Part shown: positions 8,663 to 17,307 of the stretch, one piece after another | Layout: the number at the start of each line of letters is the position of its first letter | How positions within the stretch are numbered: position 1 is the stretch's first letter | Virus record (IMG/VR): IMGVR_UViG_3300020518_000004 | Direction: 5' to 3' (one strand) | DNA length: 35,119 nt | DNA from: a virus | Translations under genes and position numbers: made by a program | The notes under the pieces: model-generated | What the model was told of the DNA's origin: nothing | Seen by the model: the letters and a program-made list of their open reading frames with translations, nothing else | Databases searched by the model: none

Positions 8663-9438
8663 TGAAACCTCTGGAGATCACGGTACAAGCGGCGGGAACG
8701 CCTGAAGAACTATGTTCTAACATACGTTCTGCCCTTGCCCGTGGTCTACCAGAACTGACCCTCGCTCCCATCACGCACGATGCAACCATGGTGCTGGTGG
8801 CGAGCGGGTGGTCTATGCCCGACTACATTAACGACATCAAAGCGCACCGGAAGGCCGGTCATGTGATCGGTGCAATTAAGGGTGCGCATGACTTTTTGGT
8901 AGAGAACGGCGTAGAACCAGATTTTTGGGTCAACCTTGACCCCCGCGACCGCACCAACGGTATCAAGCACAAGAACGACCGCACGCTGTACCTTGTTGCC
9001 TCGCGCTGCCCGCCCTCCACGTTTGATTACCTTCAAGGTAAGCGCGTGATGGTGTGGCACTCATGGGCTGAAGGCCCAGAAATGGACGCCATGGGGCCGG
9101 GTAAATTGGCCATCGGTGGCGGCACGACCTCGGGTCTGCGTGCCATCAACATCGGCTATATCATGGGCTTCCGTAAGTTTTTCCTGTACGGCTACGACTC
9201 GTGCAACAGCCCGGATGGACGTAAGCGGTTTACGGGCGAGTTGCCGGGGCTAACGGTAGACGTATGGGTGGGCGGCGCAGACGGCAAGAAATTTAACTGC
9301 AACGCCGCGATGGCCCAGCAGGCCAACGAATTCCAGAAATTGTTTGAGGTGATGCCCGACCTGCAAATAGAGGTCATCGGGCCGGGGCTGATTGCTGAAA
9401 TCATGCGTTGCCGCCGCAACATGGCGAAGGCGGCCTAA
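8662..9438 (+). CDS. DUF115 (MptE/Maf-like) domain protein, putative glycosyltransferase
   Basis: LVASGWS (equivalent of the GxGPS turn), GVEPDFWVNLDP, and GGGTTSGLRAINIGYIMGFRKFFLYGYDSC match the DUF115 core. TAATG coupling on both sides within the head module. Confidence 0.6.
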   Translation: MKPLEITVQAAGTPEELCSNIRSALARGLPELTLAPITHDATMVLVASGWSMPDYINDIKAHRKAGHVIGAIKGAHDFLVENGVEPDFWVNLDPRDRTNGIKHKNDRTLYLVASRCPPSTFDYLQGKRVMVWHSWAEGPEMDAMGPGKLAIGGGTTSGLRAINIGYIMGFRKFFLYGYDSCNSPDGRKRFTGELPGLTVDVWVGGADGKKFNCNAAMAQQANEFQKLFEVMPDLQIEVIGPGLIAEIMRCRRNMAKAA

Positions 9439-10265
9439 TGGCAATCCCGTCACGCGTACTCGGCAGCGGCATCAACCAATTGTCCACCGTCAGTATTTGC
9501 GGCGATGGTATTGCATCGGTCACGGCAGCCGGTACGTCGACAGGCGATGCCACCACGTTGACGTATGTGTACAACAACGTCACAAGCGCAGCCGTTGGGA
9601 CAGGCGTAAAGTTGCCACCGACGGAGATGGGCGAAACCATCATTGTCAAGAATACGACGGCAAACCCAATTTCCGTTTATCCGTATAACGCCAGCAGCAG
9701 CATCAACAACGCAGGGTTTGGCACGATCAACCCCGATTGCTCGGCATTGTTTTTTGCCGTTAGCAATACGTTGTGGGAGGAACTGCAAGGCTTTGGCCGC
9801 GCTGTGCCGATTCTGCATTTTGGTGCGTTTAGCGACACAACGCTGCAAACGGCGGCTTCCATTGACACCGCCTACGGCATGGTTTTTAACACGACCGACA
9901 GCAGCAATGGCGTATCTATCGGGTCGCCGTCGTCCCGTTTGGTTGTGGATTATCAAGGCGTCTACAACGTGCAGTTTTCAGCACAGTTGGACAAAACCTC
10001 GGGCGGCGTGGGCAACATTTATATCTGGTTGCGTAAAAACGGCACCAACGTCGCCAACACAGCCACTACCGTCGCCATTCAAGGAAGCGCAGCGCGTACC
10101 GTCGCCGCGTGGAACTTCATCATTCAACTAGAACCAACAAACTACGTTGAATTGATGTGGGCGACGGATGACACAAGCGTTAGAATTCTTGCGGCCAGCG
10201 CCACAAGCGTATGGCCCGCCATTCCATCAGTCATTTGTACCGTAACACAGGTCAACAACCTGTAA
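9438..10265 (+). CDS. Ser/Thr-rich virion fibre/decoration protein with a C1q/TNF-like C-terminal jelly-roll domain
   Basis: Start taken at the ATG of the TAATG at 9438. The C-terminal half shows the C1q-like pattern: HFGAFSDT...MVFNTTDSSNGV...YQGVYNVQFSAQL...IYIWLRKNGTNV...WNFIIQLEPTNYVELMW. Confidence 0.55.
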   Translation: MAIPSRVLGSGINQLSTVSICGDGIASVTAAGTSTGDATTLTYVYNNVTSAAVGTGVKLPPTEMGETIIVKNTTANPISVYPYNASSSINNAGFGTINPDCSALFFAVSNTLWEELQGFGRAVPILHFGAFSDTTLQTAASIDTAYGMVFNTTDSSNGVSIGSPSSRLVVDYQGVYNVQFSAQLDKTSGGVGNIYIWLRKNGTNVANTATTVAIQGSAARTVAAWNFIIQLEPTNYVELMWATDDTSVRILAASATSVWPAIPSVICTVTQVNNL

Positions 10266-10287
10266 AAATCCCCACAGGAGAACGGAA

Positions 10288-10830
10288 ATGCTAGACAGTG
10301 ACATTAACAACGCCGACGCCCAACTTCACGTTGAGTTTTATGCACGCGAGGATGGCCCGAACAAGGGCAACGTCTATTGCCGCATCCAAGCCCCCGGCGA
10401 CAAGACCAACGTGATTGACCAGCCGTTGCGTGACGACCATAAGGCGCGTTTCCCGCGTCAGTGGTTGTATTTCCAGATGCAGCAGAGCGAAGGTGCCGCC
10501 TCGCAGATCGGCACGCCGCTGACGCAATGGCAGTCGGACGCACCGGATGACATCAACCGCGACCAGATCGGTGAACTGTCTATCCTCAAGTTTGTCACGG
10601 TGGAGCAGTTAGCCCTTGCCTCGGACGCCCAATTGCAGCGCGTCGGCATGGGTGGCATTGGATTGCGCGAGAAAGCGCGTATGTACTTAAATCGCAAGAA
10701 CCGCGTGGACGCCAACGCAGAGTTGGATGCGACCAAGCAGCAACTTGCAGAACTTCAAGCACAGATGGCCGAACTCATTGCGTCACAAAAGCGCCGTGGT
10801 CGGCCACCTAAAGAATTAACGGAGGGATAG
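10288..10830 (+). CDS. Hypothetical virion-module protein with a C-terminal coiled coil and a basic KRRGRPPK tail
   Basis: 180-aa ORF with an AGGAGA ribosome-binding site. Confidence 0.55.
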   Translation: MLDSDINNADAQLHVEFYAREDGPNKGNVYCRIQAPGDKTNVIDQPLRDDHKARFPRQWLYFQMQQSEGAASQIGTPLTQWQSDAPDDINRDQIGELSILKFVTVEQLALASDAQLQRVGMGGIGLREKARMYLNRKNRVDANAELDATKQQLAELQAQMAELIASQKRRGRPPKELTEG

Positions 10831-10831
10831 T

Positions 10832-11746
10832 ATGGGCAGCACGATGGTGCAATTGGTGCAGCAATGCACAAACGAACTCGGTATCCCGACGCCCTCCACC
10901 GTCGCTGGCAATTCCAGCCAAGACGTTATCCAACTTTTGGCGTTGATGAATGCGTGTGGATACGAATTGCTCCGTCGTGCTGATTGGCGCGAATTAACGC
11001 GTCAGCATACGTTTTACACGGAAGCCATCACGACAACGGGAACGTGGTCAACGTCCTCGTACACGATCACCGGCATCCCCAGCACGACATCGCTCAACAC
11101 GACGTATCAGGTGCAGGGCGTCGGCATCCCAAACGCCACCTATGTCACGGCGGTCACAGGATCGTCTACGGTCACGATCAACTACCAGCCAACGGAAGCA
11201 CAAGTTGACGGGCAACTGATTTTCCAAAAGGTTAAATACAGCCTGCCGTCGGACTACTACAGCACGGTCAATCGCACGCATTGGGACAAGTCTAAGCGGT
11301 GGGAAATGCTCGGCCCCGAGTCACCGCAGCAGTGGGAATGGTTGCTGTCGGGTTATATCAGCACCGGCCCCCGTATCCGGTGGCGCTTGCTCGGCCAATA
11401 CTTCCAGATTTGGCCGGGAATGAACGGTGGGGAGTTGCTCGGCTTTGAGTACCGCAGTAACGCGTGGGCCTATAACGCGTTAGGCGTAGCCAAGACCAGT
11501 TTTACCGCCGACACCGATACGTGCGTCTACCCAGACCGCGTGATGGTGCTAGGCACCAAACTTAAATACTTTGAAGCCAAGGGCTTTGACACGACCGCCC
11601 TCTACCGCGATTACCTCGCCGAACTTGAAACAGCAATGGCGCAGGATATGGCAGCGGCCAACCTGTCGTTTGCCCCGCGACCGGGTACGGTGTTGATCGG
11701 TTACGACAACATCCCCGACTCGGGCTACGGGACGGATAGCCAATAA
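10832..11746 (+). CDS. Putative head-tail adaptor / tail structural protein
   Basis: 304 aa. Called from its position between the head genes and the larger tail gene. No diagnostic motif. Confidence 0.35.
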   Translation: MGSTMVQLVQQCTNELGIPTPSTVAGNSSQDVIQLLALMNACGYELLRRADWRELTRQHTFYTEAITTTGTWSTSSYTITGIPSTTSLNTTYQVQGVGIPNATYVTAVTGSSTVTINYQPTEAQVDGQLIFQKVKYSLPSDYYSTVNRTHWDKSKRWEMLGPESPQQWEWLLSGYISTGPRIRWRLLGQYFQIWPGMNGGELLGFEYRSNAWAYNALGVAKTSFTADTDTCVYPDRVMVLGTKLKYFEAKGFDTTALYRDYLAELETAMAQDMAAANLSFAPRPGTVLIGYDNIPDSGYGTDSQ

Positions 11747-13311
11747 TGGCCTCGCCGGTTCGCAGACGGCTTGTTCAGCGCACGACGGCCAACGTGGCGT
11801 CGTTGCCCGCCCCTGTCGGCGGCTGGAACGCACGCGATGCGCTGGCAAACATGGCCCCAACGGACGCTGTGTACTTGGAAAATATGTTTCCAAGCGTATC
11901 CAACGTCAATTTGCGAGGTGGTTACACGAAGCACAAGACGGGGCTGCCGGGAACTGTTGATACGCTGATGACGTACAACGCAGGCAGCACGATCAAACTG
12001 TTTGCGATCAGCGACGGCAAGATTTTTGACGTAACGTCGGCAGGTAGCGCCGGGTCAGCGTTGGTTGCGAGTCTCTCCAACTCTGCATGGGAGTACACCA
12101 ACGTCACCACGGGCGGCGGTAGTTATTTGTATGCCGCGAACGGTGTGGACAAGCCGTTGCTCTACAACGGCACGACTTGGACACCAATTGACGGCACAAG
12201 TTCGCCTGCCATCACAGGCGTTACCACAACGAGCCTTGAAAGCCCCACGCTTTTCAAGAATCGGATGTGGTTTATTGAGAAAAACACGCTTAAAGCGTGG
12301 TATTTGCCGGTTGCATCAGTAGGTGGTGCAGCCAACGTGCTAGACCTCTCAAGCGTTATGCACCTCGGCGGCAAACTGACCGCGATGGCTACATGGACGA
12401 TTGACGCAGGCTACGGCGTTGACGATAACCTTGTTTTGGTGAGCGATAAGGGCGAGGTTGCGGTATATCGCGGCACTGACCCGACCAGCGCATCCACTTG
12501 GGCATTGATCGGCGTGTGGATCATCGGTTCGCCGATTTCGCGCCGTTGCGTGACAAAATACGGCGGTGATTTGCTCATTTTGACGCTGGACGGGCTAATT
12601 CCGTTCGCCTCGGCGCTACAGTCGTCGCGGTTAGACCCCAACATCGCGCTGTCCGACAAGATACAGGGTGCTTTTGCTGCTGCCGCACGCACCTACAAGG
12701 ACACCTTTGGGTGGGCGTTGCTTTATAACCCGCTCAACAACGCGCTGATCGTCAATGTTCCCGTCAGCACCGGCCAGCAGCAGTTTGTGATGAACAACAT
12801 CACCAAGGCGTGGTGCAACTTTACTGGGTGGAATGCGTCGTCGTGGGCGTTGGTCGGCAATGAACCGTACTTTGGCGGCAACACCTACGTTGCAAAGGCG
12901 TGGACAACGGGTGACGGTGGCTATGCCGATGACGGTGAGCCGATCCCGACCAAGGCGCTGCAAGCATTTAACTACTTTGAGACGCGTGGCGTCATCAAAT
13001 ACTTTACCCGCGCACGACCGAGCATCTTTAGCAACGGGCAGCCTGCCATTGTTATCGGTATCAACACCGACTTTCAGACGGTTGACCAGACGGGTGCGTT
13101 GTCGTTTTCGCCAACAACCGCAGGATTGTGGAATGTTGGTTTATGGGATGTTGCGCTATGGGGTTCTGATGTCGTCATCACGAACAACCAATCTGGCGTG
13201 ACAGGACTCGGTTACTCGGGAGCCATTTCGTTCACGAGTAGCAGTAAGAATTTGCAGATTCAATGGGCATCAACAGACGTTGTGTATCAAATCGGATGGG
13301 CTGGAATATAG
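11746..13311 (+). CDS. Putative tail (nozzle/tubular-type) structural protein
   Basis: 521 aa, TAATG coupled, beta-rich composition. Called from position in a podovirus-like tail module. Confidence 0.35.
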   Translation: MASPVRRRLVQRTTANVASLPAPVGGWNARDALANMAPTDAVYLENMFPSVSNVNLRGGYTKHKTGLPGTVDTLMTYNAGSTIKLFAISDGKIFDVTSAGSAGSALVASLSNSAWEYTNVTTGGGSYLYAANGVDKPLLYNGTTWTPIDGTSSPAITGVTTTSLESPTLFKNRMWFIEKNTLKAWYLPVASVGGAANVLDLSSVMHLGGKLTAMATWTIDAGYGVDDNLVLVSDKGEVAVYRGTDPTSASTWALIGVWIIGSPISRRCVTKYGGDLLILTLDGLIPFASALQSSRLDPNIALSDKIQGAFAAAARTYKDTFGWALLYNPLNNALIVNVPVSTGQQQFVMNNITKAWCNFTGWNASSWALVGNEPYFGGNTYVAKAWTTGDGGYADDGEPIPTKALQAFNYFETRGVIKYFTRARPSIFSNGQPAIVIGINTDFQTVDQTGALSFSPTTAGLWNVGLWDVALWGSDVVITNNQSGVTGLGYSGAISFTSSSKNLQIQWASTDVVYQIGWAGI

Positions 13312-13739
13312 TCAGCGGGCCGGAAATCGGCCATTGGGTAACGGCGCAAACCGACGGGTCATTTTGGCCCGAGCGGGCAACGGCCATCGGACTTAAAAAG
13401 GACGGTCAGATTGTCGCCGGTACGGTTTACGAGATGTGGAACGGCAAATCGGTCGTTTGCCACATTGCTTGGAACCGCGTAACCCCTGCCTACGTCGCCG
13501 CCGTCTACGATTATGCGTACAACGTCTGCGGAGTTGATAAGATAATAGGGCCAATCAGCAGTAACCATACCCGGGCGCTGAAACTGGTCACAAAAATGGG
13601 GTTTTCGGAGGAGGCGCGGATCAAACAGGCCGCGCACGACGCCGGGGACATCGTATTTATGACTCAGACACCTGAAAAGTGTCGTTATTTGGAGCCTCGG
13701 TATGGGCAAAAGATCACCAGCACCGCCGCCAACACCTGA
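13296..13739 (+). CDS. GNAT-family N-acetyltransferase embedded in the tail/internal-protein module
   Basis: Core IVAGTVYEMWNGKSVVCHIAW...NHTRALKLVTKMGFSEEARI resembles the GNAT beta4-alpha3 and alpha4 region. The start is uncertain (ATG at 13296 or 13263). It overlaps both neighbouring genes. Confidence 0.55.
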   Translation: MGWNIVSGPEIGHWVTAQTDGSFWPERATAIGLKKDGQIVAGTVYEMWNGKSVVCHIAWNRVTPAYVAAVYDYAYNVCGVDKIIGPISSNHTRALKLVTKMGFSEEARIKQAAHDAGDIVFMTQTPEKCRYLEPRYGQKITSTAANT

Positions 13740-16700
13740 TTACGCCGCCATTGCGCGGCAGCAAGGTCAGGAGAACATAGAAGCCGCTCGTCAGTCGGCT
13801 TATATGTCCAATCCCAACGTCTACACGCCTACGGCGCAGCAGACGGTAACGTGGCAGCGCACGCCGCAAATCAATCAGGCTGCGTATGACCAAGCAATGG
13901 CTGATTATCAAGCCAACGTGCTGCGTGATCCTGATATGGCGTCAGGAGCAGCACCTGATATTGCGCAATTCACGACTTACGTTGAGCAACCGACCATCCG
14001 ACAGGAGTTGGTTGGCCCTGCCAAAGACATTTTTGGCACGCAGCAGCAAGCCGAACAGGCGATGGCAAATTTGGGACTGCGTGAAATCGGCGACCTGTCG
14101 TCGTTTCTTAACCAAAACTTTGCCGCCCAACTTCCTGCCATCCAGACCCAACTTGGTCAGTACGGACAGGTCGCAGGCGCACCCAACCTTGCTGGTTACG
14201 GCACGGCTGGCGCACCCGGTGCGGGGGAATTTGGCGCGGTATCAGGCGCACCTAGCGCGGCGCAGTATGGCCCTCGCTCAACCTTTACTGCCGAAACCAT
14301 GCCGGGAATGTATGCACCTGTTGGGCAGGCGCAACAAGGCATCGGCGCGTTTGGTGACGTTGCGCAGGCTCCCGACCTTACTGGCATGGGTCAGGCGGGC
14401 GGTAATGTCGCACTGACAGGTTTTACAGGCGGCCCCTCGGGCGGCCAGTTTGGTATGGCAGGCGGTGGGCCAGCCGCGTACAACCTCGGTCAACTTGACC
14501 TCTCAGGCGTCGGCGGTGTCGGCGGTGGCCCCGCTATGGGTCAGTACGGCATGGCACAAGCCGGCCCCGGCGGCGTGCAGTTTGGTGGCCTAGACCTTTC
14601 GGGGCTTGGCACCGCACAAGGATTTGGCAATCTCGGTCAGTACGCCGCAGGCGCTGGCCCCAATGCCCCGAATGTCCAAGGAGCCGACTTCTCACGCGTT
14701 GGGCAGATTGGCCCCGGCGTTGGCTACGGTCAGTTTGGAATGGCCGGTGGCGGCCCTGCTGCGGGCCTGTACGGCATGGCCGGTGCTGGCCCAGCGGGCG
14801 TGCAGTTTGGCGGCCTTAACCTTGCAGGAATGCAAGGCGTACAAGGCGGCGTTGGGCAGTTTGGTCAAGCACAAGGCGGCCCCGCAGGGTTGAATCTTGG
14901 CGGGTTTGATACCTCACGCCTCGGTGAAATCGCAGGTGGCCCGTCAGCCGATCAGTTTGGTCGTGCCATCGGTGGCCCTGCCGCACCGTCACTAGAAGAA
15001 AACCTTAACCTTTCAGGCGTCGGCGATGTTGCCCGCAACGTGCAAGAGGGCCGATTTGGCTACGCACGCGGTGAGTTAGCAACACCAGAACTTCAACGGC
15101 AGTTGGCAACGCAAGGGCTTGCCGCCATGCCAGTCAACGCGGGAATGACGGCGCAAAACGCCATCATGTCGCGCCTTGAGCCGCAATTGCAGCGTGAACG
15201 TGCGCAGTTGGAGCAGCGCCTTGTCAACCAAGGCTTGCGACCGGGCGGTGAGGCGTACAACGCAGAGATGGAACTGCAAGCGCAACGTGAAAACGATTTG
15301 CGCACGCAAGCGGCATTGCAAGGCATCAGCCTAGACGCCTCCATGCGTCAGCAGGGACTTGCCGAACAACAGACCCTTGCCGACTTTGCCAACCAAGCCG
15401 CACTCGCGCAGTTTGGAGCAGGCGCACAAGGCTTGGGACTCTACAACGAAGCCCTCGCGCAAAACTTCCAGCAGTCGCTTGCCGCACAGTCTGCGCAGAA
15501 CATGGCGCAACAGCAGGCATTCCAGCAGCGCCTACAGGCGGGTCAGTTTGGCCGTGAAGCGCAGATGGCGTCCTTTGGTATGGGCCAACAGGCACAACAA
15601 GCGGTCAACCAAGCGCAACAGCAGAACTTTGAGCGTGCGTTGGCTGCCCAACAAGCGCAAAACGCCGCACAAGCACAAGGTTTTGGGCAAGAAATGGCCG
15701 CGCAGCAGTTTGGCCGTGAGGGTGCGCTGGCAGGATTTGAGACGCAACAAACAGCACAGCAAGCGCAGAACGCAGCAATTGCGCAAAACACGCAATTGGC
15801 GTTGCAGTCAGGTCAGTTTGCAAACCAAGCGCAGGCACAAGACTTTGCACAACGTCTCGCCGCTGGAGAGTTTGGACAAGAAGCACAATTGGCTTCTTTC
15901 CAGACGGGTCAAGCGGCACAAGAGGCGATCAACCGCGCCATTGCTCAGAACTTTGCACAAGGTCAAGCCTCACAGCAGTTGCAAAACCAAGCGGTGCAGC
16001 AAAACTTGCAGGGTGCATTGGCGACCGAGGAAGCCCAACGTGCCGCGCAAGCGCAACAGTTTGGTCAAGCCGCGACCCAAGCAGAACTTGGCGCACAATT
16101 GACCGGCCAGCAGTTTGCGATGGGTCAACAGGCGCAGCAGGCTGCAAACCAAGCACAAGCGCAAAACTATCAGCAAGCCCTTGCGGCTGCGCAGATGGGC
16201 AACGCCGCACAACAACAGAATTTCTTGCAACGTGTGGCCGCAGGCGAGTTTGGCCGAGAGGCACAACTTGCGACGTTCCAAACGGGACAGCAGGCGACAC
16301 AAGCGCAGAACCAAGCCGCCCAGCAAAACTACCAGCAAGCGTTGGCGTTGCAGCAGATGCAAAACCAAGCGCAACAGCAGCGTTATGGTCAAGCGGTTGG
16401 CGCAGGAGAGTTTAACCGTCAGGCGTTACTTGCACAGTTTGGCATGGGGCAACAAGCCCAGCAGGCACAAAATCAAGCCATGGCGCAGAACTTTGCGCAG
16501 GCTCAAGCCGCTGCGCAGATGCAGAACCAAGCAGCGCAAGGTGCGTTTGGCCAGCAAGTCACGGCACAGGAACTGCGCAATCAAGCCTTGGGTCAAAACC
16601 AACAGGCCGCGTTGCAGCAGCAACAAGCCGCCATGCAAGCCCAGCAGCAGCGTTACGCGCAGCAGATGGGCCTTGGACAGTTTGCGAACCAAGCCGTTGC

Positions 16701-17307
16701 ACAGAACCAGCAACAAGCATTGGCCGCTTATCAAGCCAATTTGGCGCGTCAGCAGCAGGGCTTCCAGCAAGCCGGTGCGCAGGCTGGATTCTTCAACGAA
16801 GCACAGGCACAGGCATACCAGCGTGCGATGGCCGAACAAGCCGCCGCCAACGCTGCACAGCAGCAACGCTTTGGTCAGGGCATGGACATTCGTGGCTTGC
16901 AGAACGCCGCGATTTTGCAGAACCAGCAGGCCGCACTTACGCAGCAAGCCGCCGCAAATGCCGCGCAACAGCAGCAGTACAACCAAGCGATGGGTGCAGG
17001 CACGTTCGGCAACCAAGCCATCCAGCAAGCGTTGCAGCAGCAGGTTGCACTACGCAATCAGCCGCTCAACGAAATCTCTGCGTTGCTCTCGGGATCGCAG
17101 GTACAGATGCCGCAGTTCCAAGGCTACAGCGGCGTCACGGTTGCACCAACACCGTATCTACAAGCCATGCAGGCGCAAGATGCCGCAAATATCCAGCGTT
17201 ACGGTATTGCTGCAAACCAAGCCGCAAGCGGTATGTCAGGTCTATATGGGTTGGCAGGCGCAGTCGCAGGCGCACCGAGCGGTGGATTTTTAAGTGGTTT
17301 ATTTTAA
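13702..17307 (+). CDS. Giant low-complexity Gln/Ala/Gly repeat protein, putative internal virion/ejection protein
   Basis: 1201-aa ORF with a GGAG ribosome-binding site. It sits where podoviruses encode internal core proteins. Two repeat regimes are visible (see findings). Confidence 0.8.
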   Translation: MGKRSPAPPPTPDYAAIARQQGQENIEAARQSAYMSNPNVYTPTAQQTVTWQRTPQINQAAYDQAMADYQANVLRDPDMASGAAPDIAQFTTYVEQPTIRQELVGPAKDIFGTQQQAEQAMANLGLREIGDLSSFLNQNFAAQLPAIQTQLGQYGQVAGAPNLAGYGTAGAPGAGEFGAVSGAPSAAQYGPRSTFTAETMPGMYAPVGQAQQGIGAFGDVAQAPDLTGMGQAGGNVALTGFTGGPSGGQFGMAGGGPAAYNLGQLDLSGVGGVGGGPAMGQYGMAQAGPGGVQFGGLDLSGLGTAQGFGNLGQYAAGAGPNAPNVQGADFSRVGQIGPGVGYGQFGMAGGGPAAGLYGMAGAGPAGVQFGGLNLAGMQGVQGGVGQFGQAQGGPAGLNLGGFDTSRLGEIAGGPSADQFGRAIGGPAAPSLEENLNLSGVGDVARNVQEGRFGYARGELATPELQRQLATQGLAAMPVNAGMTAQNAIMSRLEPQLQRERAQLEQRLVNQGLRPGGEAYNAEMELQAQRENDLRTQAALQGISLDASMRQQGLAEQQTLADFANQAALAQFGAGAQGLGLYNEALAQNFQQSLAAQSAQNMAQQQAFQQRLQAGQFGREAQMASFGMGQQAQQAVNQAQQQNFERALAAQQAQNAAQAQGFGQEMAAQQFGREGALAGFETQQTAQQAQNAAIAQNTQLALQSGQFANQAQAQDFAQRLAAGEFGQEAQLASFQTGQAAQEAINRAIAQNFAQGQASQQLQNQAVQQNLQGALATEEAQRAAQAQQFGQAATQAELGAQLTGQQFAMGQQAQQAANQAQAQNYQQALAAAQMGNAAQQQNFLQRVAAGEFGREAQLATFQTGQQATQAQNQAAQQNYQQALALQQMQNQAQQQRYGQAVGAGEFNRQALLAQFGMGQQAQQAQNQAMAQNFAQAQAAAQMQNQAAQGAFGQQVTAQELRNQALGQNQQAALQQQQAAMQAQQQRYAQQMGLGQFANQAVAQNQQQALAAYQANLARQQQGFQQAGAQAGFFNEAQAQAYQRAMAEQAAANAAQQQRFGQGMDIRGLQNAAILQNQQAALTQQAAANAAQQQQYNQAMGAGTFGNQAIQQALQQQVALRNQPLNEISALLSGSQVQMPQFQGYSGVTVAPTPYLQAMQAQDAANIQRYGIAANQAASGMSGLYGLAGAVAGAPSGGFLSGLF
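15460..16485 (+). repeat. Phased coding tandem repeat: units of 162 nt (54 aa) starting at 15460, 15622, 15784, 15946 (one 216-nt unit), 16162 and 16324. Degenerate continuation to about 17040.
   Basis: Each unit opens with a CAA/CAG-AAC-(TTY/TAY/ACG) codon triplet (QNF/QNY/QNT) at exactly those coordinates. Consensus: QNFxxALAAQQxQNxAQxQxFxQxxAAGEFGREAQLAxFxTGQQAxQAxNQA. Confidence 0.85.

Noticed and set aside
13263-13295. Upstream ATG (13263) as the GNAT start
   Set aside because: It is possible, but it would add 11 poorly GNAT-like residues and a 49-nt overlap with the tail gene. Neither candidate has a good Shine-Dalgarno sequence, so 13296 is reported with the uncertainty stated.
15359-17293. 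Long alternative-frame + strand ORFs (247 aa and 392 aa) and several minus-strand ORFs inside the giant repeat gene
   Set aside because: They are by-products of the CAR/GCN-dominated repeat codons, which contain no stop codons in the shifted frames. Their products are monotonous K/R/S/T/L strings, and no ribosome-binding sites or coupling signals are present.
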